Shown here piece after piece: positions 1 through 10,843 of a DNA stretch of 64,000 bases (its first letter is position 1; the number at the start of each line of letters is the position of its first letter). The notes beneath the pieces are model-generated. The model was not told the DNA's origin and made no database searches. It saw only the letters and a list, made by a program, of their open reading frames with translations. A program made the position numbers and the translations under genes. The stretch comes from Tricharina praecox (lineage: Eukaryota). Where the stretch lies: NCBI RefSeq assembly GCF_024521635.1, contig NW_026250414.1:434001-498000 (forward strand), read 5' to 3'.

Positions 1-283
1 CGGTGGTGTAAAAAAAGTGATCGCCGTTCATTAATAAGTACGGACTTATGTGTGTGTACCCATCAAATAATTTTTCCCCCTTCTGGGCTGGGCCGCTGGG
101 CCTTCAAGTTCGGCCAGCCATACAAGTTGCAAGCTACAAGCTACAAGTTTACAAGTTTACAACCACTTAGGCCCCGGAGTCATACTGGATATAGAACTTA
201 GAACTACAACTTTTTTTTCTCCTTGCAGGGCGGTTACGTGATCAACGCAATGGGTAGGTACTCTAGAGTACTCGCTAGAGCAG

Positions 284-2560
284 TTAGAGTTGAAGGCGGC
301 GATTCATCGGCGGAAGGCCACTGCGGCGCCGTTTCTTGAGAGCGAGTGCACCTACTGTTGTTGTCGCGGGTTCGTCAGCGGTTGTTCTGGAATGGACAGA
401 CTCCTCCTACGCACGCACACACGAACACGCGCGCGGTCTCGAAGTCTCGAGGTTGCATCGCCATCGACCGACACGACACATGACGTGGCTCTGGACGGAC
501 GCCGAACGCCGAACATGATGATGCCCGGGCAGCCAGACGACAGAGAGGCAGAGAGGCAGAGAGGCAGAGAGGCAGAGAGGCAGAGAGGCAGAGAGGCAGA
601 GAGGCAGAGAGGCAGAGAATGGGAGGAGGGCACGTACACAGCAACGCCAGCAGATACCGCAAAAGAGCCTTCCTCCATCTCGGGGCACCGAGCATAACCA
701 GTTTCCAGAACCATCCATCGTACAGCAACTTCCCGTTGCGGTCAAAGTTTGCCGAAGGAATGTTTACCGAAGCGGCGTACTGCTTGATTTTTTTCTGGTT
801 GAAGGGCGGATATCGGAACTGTTTCCCCGGGTCGGTCAGTCAGTGGACTGCTGTGGGAGGGGAGTCGTTCTGTTTGCTTTTGTTGGACTTGCCTGCATTA
901 AGTTCTCGGTCCAGCTGGGCTGCGTGATGACTGGTCGTTTGTGCGTGAATGCATCGAACGTGTGCCGCCCTGTGATGTTTCGAGCCATGTGAGTACAGAG
1001 TTCAACGGCCGTCTGGTGGCCGGTCGGCGGGGTGCAATCGCCTCACCTCTGTAGGCTCCACTACCACTCTCGCCAACTCCTCCGAACGGGACGCTGTGAA
1101 TGGCGGCATGGAATATGGTGTCGTTGAACGTTACACCACCACTGCGAGTATTTGAGAGAACTACACACACACACACACACACACGAAGAAGGGTCAGCAA
1201 CACAGAGCAGCACTCGATGACATCGGCTCCCCTCGAAAACGTACTCATCTCTTTCTCCTTCTTGTCGCGCGTAAAAGCATACAGCGCAAGCGGGCAGTCT
1301 CCCACTTTCCTTACGATACCCAACATCTCCTGCAGCCCGCCCGGAACCACCACGTACGGCAGCAGCGGCCCAAAGATCTCCTCGCCCAGCAAGGAATCAT
1401 CCAGGCTATCGACCCTGATGACGGTTGGCTCAATCCACTTGTCCTCTGCGTCCGACCGTCCTCCGAAGACGATCTTCCCCTTGCTGTTCTCGAGCATGCC
1501 CACAATGCGGTTGAAGTGCCGCTCGTTGATGATGCGCGCAAAGTTGTCTGGGTCTTGCGTGCCGTTCGGAAAGAACTTGTGCATGGTCTTGATGTAGCTC
1601 TCGACGAAGGCGGCTTCGCAGCTGGGGTCGATCAGGACGTAGTCGGGGGCGAGACATATCTGCCCGCAGTTCATGAGTTTTCCCCAGGCGACGCGTGGTC
1701 CCGCCAGTTTTGCGTCCGCGGTCGAGGTTATGACAACCGGGTTCAGACCGCCTCTGAGATCATCCGTCAGCATTCGCTCTCGTAGGGATTCTCCACTCCA
1801 TCATTTGGTGTAACCCACAGCTCCAGGAGTACAGGCGTCAAGTGTTTGGCTGCCGCCTTGGAGACGATCCGGCCCACGGCGCTGCTGCCAGTGTACAGGA
1901 TCTTGTCCCACTTGCAGTCGAGCAGCCTCGTGGTCTCCTCGATGCCGCCGTTGACGACCGCGTAACAGTCGGGGTCCAGGGCCTCCTTCACGATCTTTTC
2001 GATCATGGCGGACGAATGTGGCGTCATCTCACTCGGCTTGAGCACGCACGTGCAGCCCGCCGCGATCGCTCCGACGAGCGGGACCATCACCAACTGAATG
2101 GGGTAATTGAACGGTCTGCATACCGTGGGGTCAGCACTTCCCTGCTCGATCCTGTCTATAGTACACTCCCCGCCACTCACCCGATGATCAACACCGTTCC
2201 CAACGGATTCTTCTGAAGCTTCGGCGGCCCCATGAGTTTATACATCATGGGCACCTCGCAAGGCTCATCCGCGACGAGGGAGTCGAAATTCTCAAGGGTG
2301 GCCATGATGTCATGCTCCAGCCAGGTGGTCTCCGTCATCATCGCCTCGGCGGTGGGTTTGTTCAGGTCCTTCTTGAGTGCGGCCAGCACCGCATCGCGAT
2401 TGGCCACCACGGCATGGTAGAGTTTCCGGAGCTGCTGCTTGCGGAATTCGAAGGGGCGCGTTTTGCCGCTGAGGAAGGTTTCCGACAGCCGCGAGTGCGT
2501 TGACTCGATCTGCGAAAGAGACGTTGTGGTGTACGTGACGAGCTGCTGGCCGTTGGACAT
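284..2560 (-). CDS. Fatty aldehyde dehydrogenase (ALDH3/Hfd1-like), multi-exon, C-terminal membrane anchor
   Basis: ALDH motifs across ORFs 2177-2560, 1767-2180 and 898-1773: PFNYP, LKPSE, YTGSSAVG, VLLEL/GG, catalytic Cys in NCGQICLAPDY, EEIFGP, PFGGVGESG. A last intron at 355-637 (GTACGT...GCTGAC...CAG) gives the tail RYLLALLLGALALKKRRR...LQL*, with the stop at 284-286. Confidence 0.9.
541..617. repeat. (CAGAGAGG)n 8-bp tandem repeat, about 9-10 copies, inside the last ALDH intron
   Basis: Directly visible; lies within the predicted intron 355-637. Confidence 0.95.
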
Positions 2561-3265
2561 TTTGTCAGTGGTAAGGGTTGTGGGAGAATGCTGTGCAATG
2601 GGGAGACAGGTAGCTTAAGTACAGAAGCTACATATGTTGTGTGTGCCGCAGGATGTACTTAGATGGGTAGTTGGGTACCATGCGACACTGAAACCTGCCA
2701 GTGTCCAGTAGATACCTCATAGGCAGAAGATTAAGTATATATCCCCGGCATGCGGTGCATACTTCATCAATATCCCCACACCGATCGCTATTGAAACCGG
2801 ATCCTCCCGAGGCTTCGCAAGCTTACGCTTTTTTTTTTACCGTCACCGGCCCCACAGTCTCCCCGGGCTCCGGCGAATGTCCCACTCAGGCGATGGATAA
2901 TTGCACTGCGATACACGCCAAATGATACCTATTGATGCTCATATCTATCTTCTTCACTCGCCCATCGAAAGACACGGGTATTCGCTTTCCCTTCGTCGCG
3001 GAGAGACGTCCGGCAAGCCAAACCATCGCTCCTTCCGCATCGCACGTGCAATGTTCACGGCAGCCTCGGTACTCTAGGTAGTGGCCTGCATGAGGAATCG
3101 TGGCCGGCGCCGCAGTGGTGCGACCAACGCCCGCATCGGCAAGGCTCCCGAAACGAAACTTGATTGCATCATGCACGTGAGCGAGCGCTTTACCACGCGC
3201 GTTTCTCCAGCGTGGGGCTCGCCAACAACCCAAACACCCGCACCCACACACACACACAACACACG

Positions 3266-3955
3266 ATGGTCCAACTAACAACCACCCCGCGCCTGCGCCG
3301 CGCAGTCCGCATCTACAACGCGCTCCCCACGACCACCACACCGCTCCCCGCCGACGCGGTCGCCCTCTCGCACGAGCAGATCCGCGCCGTGTCGCGGGCG
3401 CTCGCGCACCACCCCGCCGACTCCGACTCCGGGGATGGGGACTACACGTTTTCGACGCTCCTCCGGGGCAGCGGGATCTTCCACGCGCCGCCGGCCCCTG
3501 CGCCTGCGAAGACTCCCGAATACATCGCGCTGATGGCGCGGCTCCGGCGCGACGAGGAGGAGCGCGAGTACACGGCGCTGCTTGCGGCACCCCAGCACGC
3601 AGCGTCCACCTCAATCCTGAGCGAAGACGAGGACTGGAAACTTGTCAAGAGCCAGATCTCGATGATCTTCAATGTGCTGCTCAGTGTGCTGGCTACGGCG
3701 GCCGCCGTGTGGAAGGTTGCTGGTGCGTGGGATGTTGCTGCGAGGTTGGGCGTGGCGTTTCTGGCTGCGATTGTCGTCGCTGTTGCAGAGGTGGTGCTAC
3801 TGTGGGGGTATCTTGGAAGGGTCGAGGAGGCGGGAGAAAAGGAGAGGCAGAGGGGGAAGGGCGAGGTCAAGGGAGCTACGGGGGTTAGTTGGATTGTTGG
3901 GCTGGGAGGTGTGGTTGAGAAGAGGGGTAGTAGTGGGATGGGTGGGAAAGGGTGA
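3266..3955 (+). CDS. VMA12: ER V-ATPase assembly factor Vma12/Vph2 (TMEM199 family)
   Basis: Starts MVQLTTTP. Contains LLRGSGIF, KTPEYIALMARLR...EEREY and KLVKSQISMIFNVLLSV, followed by two TM helices ending VAVAEVVLLWGYL, all typical of Vma12. Confidence 0.85.
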   Translation: MVQLTTTPRLRRAVRIYNALPTTTTPLPADAVALSHEQIRAVSRALAHHPADSDSGDGDYTFSTLLRGSGIFHAPPAPAPAKTPEYIALMARLRRDEEEREYTALLAAPQHAASTSILSEDEDWKLVKSQISMIFNVLLSVLATAAAVWKVAGAWDVAARLGVAFLAAIVVAVAEVVLLWGYLGRVEEAGEKERQRGKGEVKGATGVSWIVGLGGVVEKRGSSGMGGKG

Positions 3956-4368
3956 GATCGGTGGTGAGGACGGGTGTTATTCACGAAGTGCCACACACGC
4001 ATATATCAATCGTTCACGACTCACGGTCCGATATCTGTAAGCAGAAATCATGGTTTATGTAGTATCGATAAAAACATCCCGGGAAAACGAAACACCGACC
4101 AGAACACATAAAACCCCGAAGAAAAGGAAGACACGCTAAAGGACAGAAGAGCTAGAGAATCGGAAACAAAGCTACAGAACAGGCATCATGTTGTAAATGC
4201 AAAAGAAGAAAACGGGGGTAGCAGAAAAAGAAACCACGCCGAGGTAACAAAAGCAAAACAGAAGAACGAGAGAGAGGGGAGGTGTCTATTTCCATCTCGG
4301 CAGCAATCCATCGAGCAAAGCAATAATACGAAAGCACTAGACTGTCTAACCTCCCGCGTGGCAGAGGC

Positions 4369-5216
4369 CTAGTTCTTGAGGACACGATCGAACTGCACGT
4401 TCTTGACGTATCCTCCTTGCATACTTTGCTTAACGTTCCTCTTGAAGTTTTCACGAGTCAGGCGCAGGTCCTCAGCAGCCTCCTTGTTGAGAGGATCGCT
4501 GGAGTTCGGCTCGAGGAACAGGAACTATCTACGCGTCAGCATCACCACCGCCACGCCACCGAGGTAGTAAACCCACCTGCAATCCAACCATGACCGCATT
4601 CAGATTCAACACGGGCTTCCAGTCCTCGCGGAGGATGTTCAAGCACACGTTCCCCTCCAGATCGATGTTTGGATGGTAGATCTTCTGCGTGCATTTGACC
4701 TTGGGGGGCTCGTGGGGGAAATTGCTGTTGATCGCGAACGTGAACTTGAAGACCCCGCCTTTGTACATTCCTGCGATGCATCCGACCCGCGTCAGCCAAC
4801 CCGACCCAACCCAACCCAACCCAGCGCCACCATACGGATTCATCTCGGATACTTACCCTCATCAGGCTCGATCTTCAACTCAAAGTTGAGGATATCGTCG
4901 GGGTCCGGAAAGTGTGTTCGCATGGTCGAAGGCAACGATAATTCCGCCACATCTATCCGCCCCATCCATCCTCTTTAGCCCCCCTCCTTCTCTCTCGATG
5001 GCGACGATGAAGACGAGGAGACGCACCCTTCTGAGCCCGCAGTTGCGCCGCGGTAACTTTCTTCTTCTTTCCACCTTCGGAGTTGTTAGCAGCCTGCTGC
5101 TGCTGCTTCTATTCCCCAGAGTCCTGATCAGCAAACGACTCACGCGACGCAAGTTCGGGGGTAGGGTAGAGGGGGGCAAGTGGGGGAAGACAAACCATGG
5201 ACCAGATCTTCAACAT
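4369..5216 (-). CDS. UBC12: NEDD8/Rub1-conjugating enzyme Ubc12, multi-exon
   Basis: N-terminal [20 protein letters not shown], and UBC core [26 protein letters not shown] with the active Cys; [15 protein letters not shown]; stop at 4369-4371. Confidence 0.95.
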
Positions 5217-5935
5217 GGTGCTCAGTTATCGTGGTGAGGGGGAGGCGAGTGAGGGGGATATTCGGGGCGTTGGGATATGGTAGTGGTGGTGGTGGAGATG
5301 ATGAAGCGTTCGTTTATTCGTGGTTGTCGACGGCGGCGGCGGGGTGGTGGAGGAAGTGGTGAGTTGGGCGCTTCGGAAGATTGCAGAGCCGCAATAATTG
5401 TGTCACCGCTCGGTTCGGTACGCGTCGAATTGCTTCTTTGGTTAGCGATAGCGAGTGACCTATTATGTGTGCGGTGTGCGCGAGAATTTGCCAATTTGGT
5501 ACATATGTCGCATTGTTGTCATATTGATCCAACTCACAGAAGTCACATATAGGCAGGAGAATCGGTCAAGTATTCACGAGTCATAAATCGCATTATGCCG
5601 CTGGAGGCTGTATATATGATGTATGATGTAGGTATGTTTCAAAGGCACGCGTACAGTAGAGAAGAAGATTCAGAATTCACCGGATACTACGTTAATTCTA
5701 ACTTTTAAGGCACATTTACACAATTATAGCTGTCGCGCATCCGGAGAAAAGTATCTACCCGGCGTACAAATACGATACTATACTCATATCCATACTTGAT
5801 TTTACGACCACGGGTAGTTGGTCATAATATATGTATCAATTTCTGAGATGTTGGCTTTTGAGCGAAGTTCAACTAACTTCCGTTACAACGTGGTGATGAT
5901 GGATGCATGGTCAGACCTAATATATGATCTTTGGC

Positions 5936-7998
5936 TTAGAAAGTGAGGGTACATAGGCGGTCTTTGTTTGATGTAGAGACCTCGGTATCCCGATCGACAT
6001 GTAGCTGTGTGAATACCTCCAACATCCAATCGCTCTTGGATCCACCAGTAGCTAATGGCATTGGCGTCCTCTCAAATATACCAGCGATGGGGACATCAGC
6101 GCCTATCTCATTCCCCCACTCGGCTGCGCAATATGGTGGCGTCTGTCCATTCCCATCGATGATCGAGACCTGGGCGCCTCGAGAAACCAACAGTCGAAAT
6201 TCCGCTTCAAGCCCGCACCCACTTGCGCAATGCAGTGGCGTTCTCCCATACCGATCGGCTGCGGAGACATCGGCGCCCAGATCAACCAAAAGGCGCACCG
6301 AATCCGCTACCTTCGGAACGTTCAACCAAGGGGTGGCAAAGTGTAGCGGCGTCATCCCGTCCTCATTGCGGATCGAAACCTCAGCGCCGAGATCAATGAG
6401 CAACCGTAACACCGCTTGATTCCCGGTCACAACTGCCCGGCGCAGTGGCGTCAGCCAGTTATTCGTGGTCGGCAAATCGTCGATGCCCCGATCAACTAGC
6501 ATTCGCATAAATGGCACCACCTTCGAATCGTACCAGTACCCGGCGGCCAAGTGTAGTGGCGTGTGCCCGTTCTTATCGGTGGCGAAGACATTGGCACCCC
6601 GATCAATCACCAGCCGCAACACCGCCTCGTTTCCGCGCTCGGCTGCCCAGTGCAGCGGCGTCCTCCCATCCTGATCGGTCGTGGAGGCATCGGCGCCGCA
6701 ATCAACCAAAAATTGCACCAGCGATCTTGCCTCCGTATCGTCCTCGTACCCAGCGGCCAAATGCAGTGGCGCCTCGCCATTGTTATTCGTGACCAAAACA
6801 TCGGCGCCGAGATCGATCAACAACCACAAAACCACCACGTTCCCACTCCCGACTGCCCGGTGCAACAGCATATCCCCGTTCTTATTCGGACCCGATAACT
6901 CGGCACCCAGATCTATCAGCAACTGCAGTACAGACTCATCCCCACTTCCGGCTGCCCAATGTAGTGGTTTGTTTCCATCCATAGCGGTGGCTGAGACGTC
7001 GCAGCCGTGATCAACCAGAAGTCGCACCAACGACAACGCTTGAGAGCTGTCCGGGGATTCAGCGGAGCGCGCTTGCACTGGGCCGGTCATGGTGCCCCGG
7101 TCTTTGCCATGCGAAGCAATGAGCACCTTGTTGAACATATAGGAGAAATGTCGTTACCGCCTCCAGATCATTCTTGTATCCGGCGGCCAAGTGCAGCGGC
7201 GCCTCGCCATTCGTATCTTGAATGGAGACCCCGGAGTCAAGATCGATCAGCAGCCGTAACATGGCCTCGTTCCCTATTCGGGCTGCCCAGTGCAGCGGAA
7301 TTTCCCCACCCACATCAGTCGCGGAGACATCGGAGCCCCGTTCAACTAGTAGCCGCACCGATGGCACCGCCTTCGATTTGTATTGGCATCCAGCAGCGAA
7401 GTGCAGTGGCGACAACCCTTTATTATCGGTGGTCAAGACATCGGCGCCGAAATCAATCAGCAGCTGCAACACCGCTTCATTCCCACTCTCGGCTGCCCGG
7501 TGCAGCGCCGTCATTCCATCTTGATTGGTCGCGGAGACATCGGCGCCCCGATCAATCAGCAGCCTCACCATTCGCTCCGCCTGCGCACCATCCCAGAATC
7601 CGGCGGCCACGTGCAATGGCGTCTGCCAAAATGCATCCTTAGATGTGACCTTAGCCCCGCGATCGCTTAGCAGTCGCAATACCGCCTCGTTACCGAAGAT
7701 GGCTGCCCAATGGAGCGGAGTGTTCCCGTTCCCATCGGGGGCGGAGATATTGGCGCCCCGATCGACCAATAGTTGCACCAAGGATACCGCTTCCGAATTG
7801 TTCCTGTATTTAACCGCCAAGTTCAGTGGCATATGTCCGTAGTCATTGGAGACCGAGATATTGGCGCCCTGGTCGATGAGCTGGCGCATCACAGCCTCGC
7901 ACCCACTACTAGTGGCAAAATTCAGTGGCGTGTTCCCATTCTTGTCGGTGGCCGAGACGTGACCTGGGCTATAGACAGTGCTAATATTAGCTGTTTGC
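5936..7998 (-). pseudogene. Ankyrin-repeat array (about 18 repeats), frameshifted and 5'-interrupted; probable pseudogene or gene fragment
   Basis: Repeated TPLHxAA...GNEAVLRLLIDxGA units in ORFs 7059-8204 and 5936-7138, which are in different frames. A 121-bp non-repeat insert at 7037-7157 shifts the frame, and the 5' end abuts a MITE. Confidence 0.75.
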
Positions 7999-8489
7999 CA
8001 GTGTTCTCCATCGTCCGGCCCGGACGGCCAAAATGCCGGACGGTCCCAGCCTGGGACGGACGGTTGCAAAATTTCTCCGTCAAGTCCGAGCCTGGGAAGG
8101 ATGGGTCGGTCCCCGTCCGACGGTGGAGGACGACCGTCCAAGTCACGTGAATATGATTCGGCTGCTTGATGATTTCTTAGCACCGATATCCAACACACCA
8201 CCATGTCAGTTCATCCCTCACCGCTCCACAAGCTGTGAAAAGTAGCATTATTCTGACTCGGCCCATATCACAGCGCTCTATGCACCATATCTCACTCGGC
8301 CACCCAAGGCCCCACGCCCGAAACTAGGTTTTTACCCAACGCTTGGCGAACGGCCGTCCTGCGCCGTCCGTCTCGTCCGTCCGCTGAGAAAACCTTGGCC
8401 GTCACATCCTAGGCTTGGACGGACGGGAGGCACGCCGTCTGTCCTCGTCTGAGGCCTAAGACGGACGGACCGGACGATGGAGAACACTG
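7999..8489. mobile_element. hAT-type MITE (491 bp)
   Basis: Perfect 20-bp terminal inverted repeats CAGTGTTCTCCATCGTCCGG / CCGGACGATGGAGAACACTG, with dense GGACGG/CCGTCC subterminal motifs. The flanking 8-mers (CTGTTTGC vs GTGAAGGC) do not form a TSD. Confidence 0.8.
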
Positions 8490-8796
8490 GTGAAGGCTGC
8501 AGTACTGAGTTGTGAGAGCGAGGATGAGGGCAGAGATGGCAGAAGCAGTTATGGAGGACTGTCACAGTGACAAGCGGTGGGTGGCGGCGTCGGGCGGGTA
8601 GTGAGAGTAGGACAGAATTCTGTGTTTTTTCAGAAGAAGTTTTCATACTACAGTATGGACGGTGCTTTACTCGCTCACAAGCTTATCTGTAGTAACTAAA
8701 TACAGACAGCAAACCATGATAAGCTCAGATAGTGCGAATGGATATTCTCATATGAGACGCAGAACTCAAGTTCCAAACTCTTAAATACAAATCACA

Positions 8797-10843
8797 TCAA
8801 TATCCGATCCTCCTCTCGACCTTAACCATCAGAGGTGCCTTCAGCCACATAAAGTACGTCTTGCACTTCCGTATCAAATCTTCTTCAGGTTTCACAAGCT
8901 TCAGGTCATATAGGAACATCATCCTAGCGATATAAAGCCGCATCTCCATCCACGCCAGATTCTGTCCCAGACACTGTCGACTCCCCAGACCGAACGGCAC
9001 GCTCGCTTCCTTGACATCTGTGTTGTCTTCGTCTATCCATCTCTCCGGCCTGAACTCGTCGGGACTATCCCACCACTCTTCACCATGGCAGAGCGTCCAG
9101 GGGTGCGTGGATACTTTGACCTTTTGGGACGTCAGTGGGTCATGCAGAGCGGAGAGGGGCGGAATCAAGTCGATGGGTGCAGGAATAACGTACACCTTTG
9201 GGTATGTAATTCCCAGCCACAAACGCGCCGGGCGAGTACCTAGGTAGCCCGGTTGGGCCAGGTGGGAAGACTCTCAATCCTTCCTTGATGACGGCAGTCA
9301 GATACGGAAGTTCTCCGAGCTTTCCGGCAGTGATATCCTCTAGACATGCGAATTTGGTGCGGATTTCTCCTTGGAGATGAGCGATTACGCGGCGGGTCTT
9401 TGCGAGGTGATAGATGGTGCCGCAAAGCATCGCGGTCATTGTTTCTGCGCCGCCGAGACTGGAAAAAAAGAAATGTTAGACCAAACGCCAACCTTCTAGT
9501 AATAGGATAGGGTACTAGTCACATAAGCTGGGAACTGTGTGCTGTTAATTCATCGTGGGTGACCGGTGATTTGCCGTGTTTGTCGACCATGTAGCCGAGG
9601 ATGTCCTTGCGTTCGGATGGAGACGATATACGACTGTAGGCAAAAGATTAATATGCGGTGGTTCACGCGGTTTGGTTCTGCGACTGATCCACTGACCGGA
9701 GAGTTTGCTCCTTGCTCCAGGCGACGTGCCATTTCCGGGCATCGATGTACACCTGCGGGATAAACCGCTTGAAGATGGAGTTGAAGATTGGGAAACGCCT
9801 GGCCGCCTCGACGTACGCGGCGACATCTATAACATACCGGTAATCAGCACGATCTGCTATGGTTGACGGACCGCGCTTCGACCACCACCTACCAATGCAT
9901 TCGGTTACCATGCTCATCCATCGATGCGATATACCTATGTACCAGATTTAGCACGGTATCCCATAGAGGGAAGGAATAATCGTTCGCCCCTACCTTTATC
10001 CAGAGCTCCAAATGCCTCCCCAAACGCCAGATCTCCAGCAGTATCGAACGTAAGGAACTGGAACCATTCGACCATATCCACACCCTCCTCGGTTTTTCCC
10101 CTCTCTTCGATCGCACTCATGAATCGATCCAGATGTGGGAGCACCAGCGGTTCAAACTCCCAGGTGGCCTGCGGGGTAAACGCCGGTGTCAGGAACTTAC
10201 GTTTTCGGAGATGAGTTGCGACGTCACGTTCCGTGCCAATGCCGTGTTCACCGAACCCTGAGTCGATGGCATCGAAGAACTCCGTCTTGGTGAAATGCTG
10301 CCGGGATTTGAAAATATCACGGTAGCTGGTCGGCGTGGCGAATGATAGATCGTTAGGTGCGATACGGACAACCGGGCCTACAACGCTGTACATTAGCACC
10401 AGCACGGATGCAAGGGAGTCCAAGCTCGCTCACCGTATTTCGCATGCATGTCCTTAATGATCCAGATTGACCTCCCGCTAATATGAACGTATCCAAGCCA
10501 TATCTGCCATTACACCTCTGCATTTCGCTTACCGTCTTCCCTGGTAGCCCACCAACCAAAGGGGAAAGCTTACGCCTGATATCGCAGCAATTTTTGGACC
10601 TGGGAATCTGGCTAACGGGTGGAAGAACAGTAGGTAGGTGGCGCGAATGAAGTGGTAGATCAACACAAAGCCAAAGACAGCAAGGACCTTATGCGTGGCC
10701 AGATAATAGAGTGTTCCCCTCGCCGTAGGCGTGACGTTGGCGAAGGCGGTGGTGATGTTCTCCCAGGACGGAGATATGTCTTGGAATGATTCGACGGAGA
10801 GGGATATGGGTGTGAGAGATGCCACAGCCGATTGTAACCCCAT
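8797..10843 (-). CDS. Cytochrome P450, CYP65/Tri11-like clan, multi-exon
   Basis: N-terminal TM followed by HPLARFPGPK; YGPVVRIAPNDLSF; WFQFLTFDTAGDLAFGEAFG; I-helix GGAET; ExxR (KEGLR); PERW; heme motif FGLGSRQCLG. The first introns (10504-10573, 10378-10433) are canonical GT-AG and keep frame. Confidence 0.92.

Noticed and set aside
7999-8204. N-terminal 68 aa of ORF 7059-8204 as a genuine protein domain
   Set aside because: It lies within the MITE and is translated subterminal repeat sequence.
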